Part shown: in pieces, positions 13,108 to 24,123 of the stretch
Layout of the letters: each line of letters opens with the position of its first letter
Position numbering within the stretch: position 1 is the stretch's first letter
Assembly (NCBI RefSeq): GCF_039654945.1
Contig: NW_027361896.1
Location: 2,356,001-2,420,000, forward strand
DNA from: Dendrobates tinctorius
Taxonomy: Eukaryota
Length of the DNA: 64,000 nt
Reading direction: 5' to 3'
Notes under the pieces: generated by a model
The model's input: the letters and a program-made list of their open reading frames with translations, nothing else
The model's database searches: none
What the model was told of the DNA's origin: nothing
Program-made: the position numbers and the translations under genes

Positions 13108-15108
13108 TGGGAAAATGGAAATAAATACATTTTCTTTTAGTTTTATTATTTTTCCCTAACTAAGGGGGTGATAACGGGGGGTTTGATTTACTATTTATGG
13201 CGGTTTTTATGTTTGGCGGCTATCAGACGCTTTTTATTGTAAAAATAGTTTTTGCATCACCACATATTGTGAGCTATAATTTTTCCGTATTTTGACCCAC
13301 CGAGTCATGTGAGGTCTTATTTTTTGCGGGACGAGTTGACGTTTTTATTGGTATCATTTTCGGGCACGTGACATTTTTTGATCCCTTTTTATTCCGATTT
13401 TTGGGACGCAGAATGAACAAAAACCAGCGTTTCATGAATTTCTTTTGGGTGGTGCGTTTACGCCGTTCCGGGTGCGGTAAAATTTATAAGGCGGTTTTAT
13501 TCTTTGGGTCAGAACGGTTACAGTGATACCTCATTTAGGTCGTTTTTTTATGTTTTGTCGGTTTTTTGCAATGAAAACAATTTTATATAAAAAAATAATT
13601 ATTTTTGCATCGCTTTATTCTGCGAGCTATAACTTTTTTATTTTTTAGCGGATGACGCTGTATGGCGGCTCGTTTTTTGCGGGACAAGATGACGTTTTCA
13701 GCGGTACCATGGATATTTATATGCGTCTTTCTGATCGTGCGTTATTGCACTTTTTGTTCGGTGGTATGATAATAAATCATTATTTTTTGCTTCGTTTTTT
13801 ATTTTTATTTTTTAAGGGGTTCGCTAAAGGGGTTAACTAATGGGACAGTTTTATAGGGCGGGTCGCTACGGACGCGGCGATACCAAATATGTGTACTTTT
13901 TATTGTTTTTTTTTTATTTTGAAAAAATGGATTTATTGGGGAATATTTTTTTTTTTTTATTAATTTATTTAGCGATTTTTAAAAAAAAAATATTTTTAAC
14001 ACTTTTTTTTTTTTTTTACTTTATTACCTTGTCCCAGGTGGGACATCACTGTCCTGTGACAGATCGCTGATCTGTCACATAACAGATCACTGTGACAGAT
14101 CAGCAATCTGTCACAGGCAGTTCTGCAGACTTCCTCATGCCTGCGCTTTGCAGGCAGTGAGGAAGTCAGCTCCCTACAGGCCCCCGAAGGCCCCCGTCGC
14201 CATCTTGGATCCGGGGGCTTGTAGGGAAAGAGACCCCCGCAGCAGCGCTGCACATTGCGCTGCCGTGGGGGGCTCAGGGAAGCAAGGAGGGAGCCCCCTC
14301 CCTGCCGATGCTTCCCTTTAACCCCCGGTACACCGCGATCGCGTTTGATCGTGGTGTACAAGGGGTTAACGTGTCGGGGGCGGTCCGTGACCGCCCCTGA
14401 CACATTGTGCCGGGTGTCAGCTGTGATAATCACCACGTGGGCGCCGCTGATCGCTGGGATGTAATATTCCGTCCATGGTAATTAGGTACATGGTTACATG
14501 GACGGAATATTACGTCCATTGTAAGTAAGGGGTTAAAATGAATGGGAAGCTTCTTTTAAGCATTTTTGAGCTGATTTTTTGGTAAATCCGGGGGAAAAAC
14601 ACGAAAAAAACGCCGTGTGTGAACACAGCTTAAGGGGTGCAATTTTTAGAATGGTGTCACTTTTGGGTATTTTCTGTTATATAGTCTCTTCAGTCACTTC
14701 AAATGTGAGGTGGTCCCTAAAAAAATGGTTTTGTAAAGTTTGCAGTAGAAATCGCTGGTCAACTTTTATCCCTTAACTTCCTAGCAAATATAAATGTTTC
14801 AAAAATTGTGCTGATGTAAAGTAGACATGTGGGAAATGTTATTTATTAGCTGTTTTGTGTGACATTTCTCTGATGTAAGGGCATAAGAATTTAAAGTTTG
14901 CAAATTGCGAAATTTTCCATATTTTCGCCAAATTAGTTTTTTTTCACAAATAAACGCAAGTCCTATCGAAGAAGTGCTACCACTATCATGAAGTACAATA
15001 TGTCACGAACATACAGTCTAAGAATCTCCGCGGCTTCTCTATTGAAGCGTTCTACAGTTATTACCTTTGAAATTGACAGTGGTCAGAATTGTAATAATTG
15101 GCCTAGTC

Positions 15109-15976
15109 CAGTGATGGCGAACCTATGGCACGCGTGCCAGAGAGGGCACGCGGAACCCTCTCAGCTGGCGCTCGGCCTCGCCTCATCCTTTTTCCGGACT
15201 GCAGCTTCCTGCCTTACACATTGAGCGGCGCAGCCGCGGAGATGAATGATGTCATCCAGCCTTATCTGCGCCACTCAATGTGTGAGAGGAAGGAAGCTGC
15301 CGGTGCGAGGAGAGGTGAGTGTGGCCGCCGTAGTGTGTGTGTGGTGAGTGTGTCCGCTGTGGTGTGTGTCAATAATGGGGAGAGGGCCAATGATGGGAGT
15401 GTTTGGGAGAGGGCCAATGGTAGGAGTGATGGGGAGAGGGCCAATGATGGGGTGATGGGGAGGAGGAAATGATGGAGGTGGTGGAATGGGCAGTTTCTAC
15501 ATTTCTGCACGAAGGGGATCATGATGAATGGGTTCATGATGGGGCATTTCTACATGAAGGGGATCATGATGGAGCATAATACTACAAGACGGGGATCATG
15601 ATGGGGCATATTTCTGCATGAATGGGATCATGATGGGGCATATTTCTGCATGAAGGGGTTCATGATGGGGCATATTTCTGCATGAAGGGGATCATGATGG
15701 CGCATATTTCTGCATGAAGGGGTTCATGATGCAGCATATTTCTACATTAAGGGGATCATGATGGGACATATTTCTGCATGAATGTGATTATGATGGGGCA
15801 TATTTCTGCATGAAGGGGATTATGATGGGGCATTTCTACATGAAGGGGATCATGATGGGGCATATTTCTACATGAAGGGGATCATGATGGGGCATTTGGC
15901 ATGTGTTGCCACTTCATCATAAATAATTGGGTTTTAGGTTGCAGTTTGGGTACTCGGTCTCAGACAGGTTCACCAT
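15109..15976. mobile_element. hAT-type MITE with a clipped right TIR and an internal minisatellite
   Basis: Left TIR CAGTGATGGCGAACCT; the right end AGGTTCACCAT runs directly into host sequence. Confidence 0.75.
15505..15897 (+). repeat. Minisatellite, about 32 bp unit CATGAAGGGGATCATGATGGGGCATATTTCTG
   Basis: About 12 tandem copies. Confidence 0.95.
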
Positions 15977-16199
15977 TAACGTGCAAACCACCTTCGGGGG
16001 TAAAGGGGTTAACAAAGCACCTCCTCATCATTACTAATGCATCCATACTATTAAAAGAAAAGCCGTTTCCATGAACACTTTCTGTATACCTGACTAGTTT
16101 GAAAAGGCATGAGAAATGTTTCTGGTCTGTAGTACACGTGTCTATAAACCTGGCAAGATTATTCCTTTCTTTACTAAATGCATCAGGACCCTTGGTCTA

Positions 16200-18656
16200 C
16201 AGCTCTGCTAGAAATTAAGAGACCACTGCACAGTTTTATAAAAAGCATCTTCTCTGCATGTCTGACACATTCCATTCCAGTGTCAGCTGAATTCCAACTA
16301 GAGTACCACTCATTCTACTTAATGTGCTTCTGATTAGGTGATCACCTGAACCATATCTTATTTAACAAAGGAAAGTCTAAAAAACCCTGCTGTGGTGTTA
16401 ACAATCCTCTTGCAATAGGACAAGCTAGATGGCAAAACAAGTGTTAGTAATATCCCAAAAGTAATAGGAATGAAAAAATAACTTTTAACCATGCCAAAAG
16501 AGTTGAAAATGAAAGTCTTGAGTGAGGAAAAGAAGGGCTCAATTCTGGCTTTACTAGCAGAGGAATACAGAGTGTTATGTTGCCTCCATCCTTGAAATTT
16601 CTAAGATGGCAGTCCATTACAACAAGGTCAAGCAGATATTGGTGACAACAAAGCTACAGACCGTCAGAGGGCAAAAATGACTCTCCACTGACCGGGATGA
16701 ACATCATCTTATTGGAATGTCACTCAACAACTGCAGGATGACATCCATTCGTGTCAGTTGAATTTCAAGCAAAGTACACCTCATTCTACTTAATGCGCTT
16801 CTGATTAGGTGATCACCTGAACAAAATCTTATTTAATGAGGGAAAGTATAAAAAACCCTTCTGTGGTGTTCACAGTCTCTTGCAATAGAACAAGCTGGAT
16901 GGCCAAACAAGTGCTAGGAATAGCCCAAAATTAATTTGAATGAAAAACAAATTTTAACCATGGCAAAGGAGTTGAAAAGAACAGTCTTGAGTGAGGAAAA
17001 GAAGGAATCAATTCTGGCTTTACTAGCAGAAGGATACAGTGAGCGTCATGTTGCCTCTATCCTTAAAAATTTGAAGACAGCAGTCCATTGCAACAAGGTC
17101 AAGCAGCAGTTATTGAGGACAACAAAGGTACAGACCGGCAGAGGGCGAAAGCGACTCTCCACTGACCGGGACGACTGTCGTCTTATCCAAATGTCACTCC
17201 GCAACCACAGGATGACATCAAGTGACCTACAAAAGGAATGGCAAATGGGAGCTAGGGTGAAGGGCACGGCAAGAACAGTACGTAACTGGGTCTTAGGCTG
17301 GTTTCACACTTGCGCTTTTTTGCTCTGTTTTTTTTAGCGCAAAAAACGCATGCGTTTTTCCCCCTATCTTTTACATTGGTGTGCATACACATGCGTTTGT
17401 ACGCGTTTGTATGCGCATGCGTTTTTTTTGTAGTGTGCGCTCGGGCGCACAAAATGCATCCTGTTGCAATTTTTGTGCGTCCGACTTGTCCCAAAAAAAC
17501 GCATGCGCACCAATGCGTTTTTTATTTATAGCAAAACACCCATAAGTCAAAAAAGCATACGTTTTAAAAAAAAGCACCAAAACCCGCAAAAAAAGCACAC
17601 AAACGCATGATGCGTTTTTTCATGCGTTTGTGTGCAAAAAACGTGCAGCAAAAAAATCGCAAGTGTGAAAGTAGCCTTAGAGGCAGGGCTCAAGTCATGT
17701 AAAGCTAGAAAAAAGCCTTTCATCAATGAGAAGCAAAGGAGAGCCAGACTGAAGTTTGCCAAAGACCATAATGATTGGACCATAGAGGACTGGAGTAAGG
17801 TAATCTAATCTGATGAGTGTAATTTTCATCTTTACCCAACACCTGGTCATCTAATGGTTAGACGGCCACCTGGAGAGGAGTACAAGCCACAGTGTCTTGC
17901 ACTCACTGTGAAATTTGTTGGAGGATCGGTGATGATTTGGGGATGCTTCAGCAAGGCTGGAATTGGGCATGTTAATCTTTGCGAAGAACATACGAATCAA
18001 GCCGCATACAAGGTTATCCTGGAAAAAGTTGTTTCCTGCTGCTCAGGCAATGTTCCCCAACTCTGAGGACTGGTTTTTAAGAGCAGGACAATGCACCATG
18101 CCACACAGTTAGGTCAATCAATGTGTGGATGAAGGACCACCACATCCAATCCCTCTGTCATGCCCAGCCCAATCTTCAGACCTGAACCCCATTGAAAACC
18201 TCTGGAATGTAATAAAGAGGAAGATTGGTAGTCACAAGCCATCAAACAAGGAAGAAGTTTTTGTACCAGGAGTGGCATAAGGTCACCCAAAAGCAGTGTG
18301 AGAGACTGGTGAGAAGCATGCTAAGACACATGAAAACTGGGATTAAAAATCATGGTTATAACACAAAATATTGATTTCTCAACTCTTCCTGAGTTAAAAC
18401 ATTATTGTTGTTTGTATATGATTATGAACTTGTTTTCTTAGCATTATTTGAGGTCCGCAAGCACTGCATTTTTTTGTTATTTTGACCATTTCTCATTTTC
18501 TGGAAATAAATACAAAATTTAGTCTTGGAAATTCGAAGACATGTTGTCAGTTTATAGAATAAAACCGCAATTTACAATGTACTCAAAAATATACCTATGA
18601 GAGAGACCAGACAAACTGAAAATTTTGCAGTGGTCTCTTAATTTTTGCCAGACCTG
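16200..18656 (+). mobile_element. Full-length degenerate Tc1 with an internal 5' tandem duplication and a MITE insertion
   Basis: TA-CAGCTCTG..AATTAAGAGACCACTGCA and TGCAGTGGTCTCTTAATT..CTG-TA. Transposase runs from ATG 16960 through KPFINEKQR, SDE, QDNAPCH and DLNPIENLW, with stops. Confidence 0.9.
17296..17676. mobile_element. Harbinger/Tourist MITE
   Basis: TIRs GGCTGGTTTCACACTTGCG and CGCAAGTGTGAAAGTAGCC; TSD TTA. Confidence 0.9.
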
Positions 18657-18730
18657 TATGTGTGTGTGTGTGTGTGTGTATGTGTATATATATGTGTGTG
18701 TGTGTATATATATATTTATAACACACACGC
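18657..18730. repeat. (TG)n/(TA)n microsatellite
   Basis: Read directly; abuts the terminal TA of the Tc1. Confidence 0.95.
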
Positions 18731-19930
18731 AAATCCGCAACGTGTGCAAGTACTCTTACAGTGCAGATTTTGCTGCAGTTGTTGAGGGTGCCATAGTGTT
18801 TATATTGACACCACAGGTGTGTCAGACTATTATACCATTGGGCAGTGAAGATAAAATAATTTACAGTTTTACAAGATTGTGATTTAGCCCCAAGGTTTAC
18901 ATTTTCATACTGGTAAATGCGTAAAAATGGCACCAAAATTTGTCCCACAATTTCTATTGAATGTGGCAATACCCCATTTGTGGCTGTACAGTACTACTTG
19001 GCCATACAGAGAGACTCGCGAGGGACAGAGCTATTTGCCTCCTGGAGCACAGATTTGCCTAGAATAGTTTGTGAATTCCATGTAAAGAGCCCCTAAGTTA
19101 TAGAAAAGCATAACCACCCCTCAAGTGACCCCATTTTGGAAGTTATAACCCTTTGGGAATTTATCTACAGATGGTGGCAATTTTGACTCCATTGGTGTTT
19201 TCCAGAAACAAGCAGCAGTGGATGTTGCTAAGTGGAATTTGCAAGCTGCCGTTCTAGTGACCAGTACATTATGCCCAGCTCATGCTTTTGGAGACACGCA
19301 CCTGTAATTTAGGCAGGCTCTCATCACTACAGAAATGACAAACATGTGGTTGTTAAATGTGGTTTAGGCACACTGAGGCTCAGAAGGGATGGGAGTCATT
19401 TGGTGGATTTGGGAATGGAAAATTTGCTGGATTTCTTTTGGGGGGCGAGGAGCTATTCAGCTTTTCCAGAACCTTTGTGCTACCAGTAACTTGGAAGCCC
19501 CTGTATTTCCGTTAACAGATGACGGACCTGAGTGAGGGCTTGCTTTTTGTGTATTGAGTTGAAGTTTTTATTGGGAACGTTTTACCTAACATTTATGATC
19601 ACATTTATTCTACGCTGAGCTTTTACATTGGGGTTTCCATCTAAATCTCCGAGTAATATGACAGATGAAACCCCTTATGGATCCATTCACTATAATGAGA
19701 CAACAGAGTTACTCTGGACTCCGTCTGGCCCCTGTTCATCGGTGTCCTTTTCAGAAATGTACAAACTGTGGCCGACGGCACTTTTTATGCAATCCTAAAA
19801 AGACGGACACCACCGGATCACAGGTCCTGTTGCACCTACAGTGCCTCCATCTATCTCATTATAGGGAATCTTCCGCTGGGGTTTCTGTCTAAATCACGTT
19901 TTTGAGAGATCTACACAAACTCCGGTGTAA

Positions 19931-20358
19931 GGCTAGTTTCACCCTAGCGTTCGGCAGGGCTGCAGGTGGCAGCCTTCCTCTTTCGTTAAGCCCCGCCCAC
20001 TGCTGCACCTCTTCCTTCAGCTCCGCCTACTTCTGCATGCGTCCTGCGTACCCTATCTTTAACGCTGGGTACACAGGCCATGCAGATGTATGCGGATGCC
20101 TCCGCATGCGTCGTTTTGACTCTGTGCCGACCGCAACAAAATGCAACGTTGCCTTAGACGCAGTTCAGGGCAGCGTCAAAACGACGCATGCGGAGGCATC
20201 CGCATACATCCGCATGGCCTGCATACCCAATGTTAGGGTACACAGGACGCATGCAGACGTAGGTAGAGCTAAAGGAAGAAATGCGGCAGTGGGTGGGGCA
20301 TAATGGAGGAAGAAGGCTGCCATCCGCAGCCCTGACAAACGCTAGTGTTAAACTAACC
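19931..20358. mobile_element. Harbinger/Tourist MITE nested in an older palindromic repeat (about 19613-20372)
   Basis: TIRs GGCTAGTTTCACCCTAGCG and CGCTAGTGTTAAACTAACC; flanks TAA/TTA; palindromic body. Confidence 0.85.
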
Positions 20359-20498
20359 TTAGTGCTCAGCATAAAACGCAGGATAAATGTGCGCTGAGTC
20401 TTGCTGCGATCTTTGGTAGGCTGAATGAAAAACTTAACATGTGAAGAATTGGTTTTATTTACTTTTTATGCCGTTCCTGGTTCGATATAAGTGATTAA

Positions 20499-22645
20499 CC
20501 CCTTAACGACCGCCGATGCGCCTTTTAACGGCGGTAGTTAAGGATACTTAAACCACAGTACCGTTAGTTAATGGCACTGTGGGAAAAGTGTATAGCGCCC
20601 CCCCCCCGGAGTCGGATTTTCTCCGGGATCTCTGCTGCCGAGACCCCAGAGAACATGATTCAGGTCGGTTTTTACCGATCCTGCTTTTGCGATCGCCGTT
20701 ATTAACGTATAACAGCGACCACAAGAAAAAAGTCCGATCACACATCAGAGGAGAGAGAAATATGGTCCCCGATTCCCCCCGATACCTTCCGGTGGTCCTC
20801 GGCCCGCATGCTTTCTCTCCATGGGCGCCGCCATCTTCCGGGAGTTAATGGCGGGCGCATGCGCAGTGCGCCCGCCGAGACCGGCCTGCAGATTTCATTC
20901 ATTAATTTTGGTCACTGTGATAAACCCTATCACAGTGATCAAAATATAAAAAAATAACCCCCCCTTTATCACCCCCTTAGTTAGGGAAATATAATGAAAT
21001 AAAGAAAATATATTTATTTTCATTTTTCCATTGGGGTTAGGGTTGGGATTAGGGTTAGGGATTAGGGTTGGGGTTAGGGGTAGAGTTGAGCGACTTTGGT
21101 CGGATCGGGTTTCATGAAACCTGAATGAAACAAAATTTGTTTCAGATGAAACTGGTTCGACTAGGGCAAAAAAAGTCGGAATTTCGTCCGAAACCCGACC
21201 CCAATGCAAGTCAATGGGAAATAAAAGTAGTCATTGAGCGGATGACATTCATCCACTCAATGCCGACTTTTATTCCCCATTTACTTGCATTGGGGTCGGG
21301 TTTCGGACGAAACTCCAACTTTTTTTTGCCCTATTCGAACCAGTTTAATCTGAAACAAATTTTGTTTCATTCGGGTTTCACGAAACCCGATCCGACCATA
21401 GTCGCTCAACTCTAGTTAGGGGTGTTTTGGGGTTAGGGTCGGAGCTATAATTGAGGGGTTTTCATTATTTTGTCACATCATGGGGTCTCAAAACGCCACA
21501 TGGCGCCACAATTGATTCCAGCCAATTTTGCTTTCAAAAATTCAAATGATGCTCCTTCCCTTCCGAGCCCAGACGTGTGCCCAAACGGTGGTTTACCCCA
21601 ACTTATGGGGCATCAGTATACTCCGGACAAATTGCACACCAACTTTGAGGGTCTAATTTCTCCTGTTAACCCTTGGGAAAATGAAAAAAAATTGGGGCTA
21701 AAAAAATCATTTTTGTGGGGAAAAGATTTTTTATTTTTACGGCTCTGCGTTATAAACTTCTGTGAAGCACTTGGGGGTTCAAAGTGCTCACCACACATCT
21801 ATATAAGCTCCTTGGCGGGTCTACTTTCCAAAATGGTGTCACTTGTGGCGGGTTTACACTGTTTAGGCACATCAGGGGCTCTTCAAACGAAACTTGGTAT
21901 CTGATCTCAATTCCAGCCCATTCTGCATTGAAAAAGTCAAGCAGCGCTCCTTCCGTTCCAAGCCCTGCCGTGCGCCCAAACAGTAGTTTACCCCCACATA
22001 TGGGGTTTTGGCGTATTCAGGAGAAATTGCACAACAAATTTTGTGGTTCATTTTTTCTTTTTACACTTGTAAAAATAAAAAAAAAAATTGGTTCTGAAGT
22101 AAAATGTTTGTAAAAAAAAAAAAAAAAAAATTAAATGTTAGTTTTTTCCTTCCACATTGCTTCAGTTCCTGTGAAGCACGTAAAGGGTTAATAAACTTTT
22201 TGAACGTGGTTTTGAGCACCTTGAGGGGTCCAGTTTTTATAATGGTGTCACTTTTGGGTATTTTCTGCATTATTGACCTCTCAAAGTGACTTCAAATGTG
22301 ATGTGGTCCTAAAAAAAAATGGTTTTGTAAATTTTGTTGTAAAAATGAGAAATCGCTGGTTAACTTTTAAGCCTTATAACTTCAAAAAAAAAAAATTTGA
22401 TTCCAAAATTGTGCTGATGTAAAGCAGACATGTGAGAAATGTTATTTATTAAGTATTTTTAGTGACACATCTCTCTGATTTAAGGGCATAAAAATTAAAA
22501 GTTTGAAAATTGCAAAAATTTTTAATATTTTCACTATTTCTGTTTATTCATAAATAAATGGAAGTCATATCGAAGAAATTTTACCTCTGACATGAAGTAA
22601 AATATGTCACGAAAAAACAGTCTCAGAATCAGCGGCATCCGTTAA
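20499..22645 (-). mobile_element. piggyBac-like non-autonomous element, truncated at one end
   Basis: TTAA-CCCCTT at 20495. The body is reverse-complement similar to 10678-13170, including the telomere-like tract. Confidence 0.75.
21081..21414. mobile_element. Palindromic hAT-type MITE inserted in a (TTAGGG)n-like tract
   Basis: TAGAGTTGAGCGACT...AGTCGCTCAACTCTA, with the exact 8-bp TSD GTTAGGGG at 21073-21080 and 21415-21422. Confidence 0.92.
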
Positions 22646-22804
22646 AGAGAATCTTTCACCCCTTTTTTGAGATATCATATAATGATATCATTCAATTGTG
22701 TGTCACATAAGGATTCTCTTAGTACTTTTGCTTCCCCCTGACCCCGCACCTTTCATGTGGATCATGTGTATGACCTATACAGGACTCCAACCCCCATCCG
22801 TCAG

Positions 22805-23436
22805 TATTAGGGCCTGTTTGACTCCATTCTGTAAGCCAGACGAAAATATCCCGAGACCAATGTCCGTGAGGTGAACTCCATCTTTTCTTAATAATGACGC
22901 GTTATCTCCTTACAGCTGGTCGTGACGAACCGCAACACCATATTTTTTCATCACAAACTTTGCCAACAGCATGTTGATCTTTTTCCTTGAACACTCTATA
23001 GCTTTTCTATCCCTTGCGCAGCGCCAGACGGCTCATGGTATTATCTCTGACCACATCAATATCATCTCCGGCAAAAGACATGAAAAATGCTCAATGTCTA
23101 ATGTCATTACTGTATAGAGCTCAGCCATCTTGCGTTTGCACAAGTCATTACCACCGGCGTGTAACACTAATATTATCGGTTCTTTGGCCTTTTTAGATGT
23201 GTGCAAACTGTAAAGCGCTGCGTAATGTCAGCGCTTTATAAAAATAAAGATTATTATTATTTAGAGATGTTAACTAACTCTGGGAAAATCTGCTGCCATT
23301 GGAGCCCTCTGATACATCTCCAGTTGACCTCTAGTTCTGGGAATCCTTCCTTTTTTCCTCCTGGCCGAAGCTCTGCCCTTTTTGCCACCTAGTAGACATA
23401 TGAGTGACCTAATACCCAAACCGCGGGCTTGCCGAC
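22805..23436 (-). pseudogene. Ngaro SGNH-hydrolase-like ORF with stops and a short insertion
   Basis: Hand translation: VWVLGHSYV*...WSEIIP*...RHDQL*GDNASLLRKDGVHLTDIG. Confidence 0.75.
23196..23260 (+). mobile_element. Very short L2-like LINE/SINE 3' tail insertion
   Basis: GTAAAGCGCTGCG..CAGCGCTTTATAAAAATAAAG(ATT)n: a stem-loop plus ATT tail that interrupts the hydrolase frame. Confidence 0.65.
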
Positions 23437-23457
23437 ATCTATAGGAGACAAAATGTG

Positions 23458-24123
23458 TTACTTCAGCAAATCAGGTCTTGTATATCTGTCGAAGCATGCG
23501 GATTTCCAACAACCCATTCTCTGCACTTCGGCCTCCGATACTCCTGTCTTAGCTGCTTCAGTGGCTGCACCGATTCGGAAAGAATGCGTCCCGTATTCCT
23601 TCGGGTTAGCGCCAGTTTTTTCTAAGCACTGCTTGAATATTGACAGAAACTGATACTTAGTAAGAGGGGACCCGTCTGTATGTGAAATAAAAAAAAATTT
23701 GCTTGCGTGTCTTATTAATGTGTAATGTTGAATTATTTTTAGTTGGCATACTGGGCCTACTGATGAGTTAATTAGGACCCATATGCCACTACTGGTGGGA
23801 TCGCACTTGGATTTTCGCTCTCGAATGCGCAGAGCAACGCTGCATAGGACTATGTCCTCACTGATTAAACCGCCTTCCGTCACAGTTTTTGACTGCGGTA
23901 ACAACTCGCTAATGCCTAGTGCTCCGAAAAAAGCGATAGCGAATGCAGCTGAAATGAGGGTCGAATCGTATTGTGACTTGCATACTAATGGAGATATTGA
24001 AATATTGTCATTCAATAATCTAAGTGAAATGGGGCGACGACATTCCTGACTCGGTTGAAGTCTTTTCCAGCCTTTAATGGCTTGTTTGATGAAAAAGAAT
24101 TTTGTAACGTCCACCCACCCCAT
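23458..24123 (-). pseudogene. Ngaro tyrosine recombinase catalytic domain
   Basis: AFFGALGISEL (catalytic R replaced by G), SKCD, THSFRIGAAT, MGCWKS..RYTRP. Confidence 0.85.

Larger units (their letters stand above)
10678..14532 (+). mobile_element. Complete piggyBac-like non-autonomous element (3.85 kb)
   Basis: TTAA-CCCCTT...AAGGGG-TTAA (TTAA at 10674 and 14533). No transposase. Five internal units of about 340-390 bp. Confidence 0.85.
10441..14630. mobile_element. Harbinger/Tourist-type MITE (10441-10677 plus 14533-14630) split by a piggyBac-like element
   Basis: TIRs GGCTATGTGCACAC and GTGTGAACACAGCT, with 3-bp flanks TGA/TAA. Confidence 0.75.
8321..16008 (-). mobile_element. piggyBac-like non-autonomous element (outer host), split by L1, MITE and hAT insertions
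   Basis: Segments 8321-8982, 10416-10440, 14631-15108 and 15977-16008 join into one sequence that matches the reverse complement of 10678 onward. It ends AAGGGG-TTAA at 16008/16012. Confidence 0.75.

Noticed and set aside
15505-15897. Regular repeats of about 30 bp resembling CRISPR arrays (also at 7855, 56480 and 59488)
   Set aside because: The units are head-to-tail with no unique spacers, no cas genes are present, and the context is eukaryotic.
22650-22800. Ngaro split direct repeats
   Set aside because: I could not match this end to the 5' region near 36100-36230; the element appears truncated.
23458-24123. Phage integrase or bacterial contamination
   Set aside because: The recombinase sits downstream of RT/RNase H and gag remnants, as expected for Ngaro.
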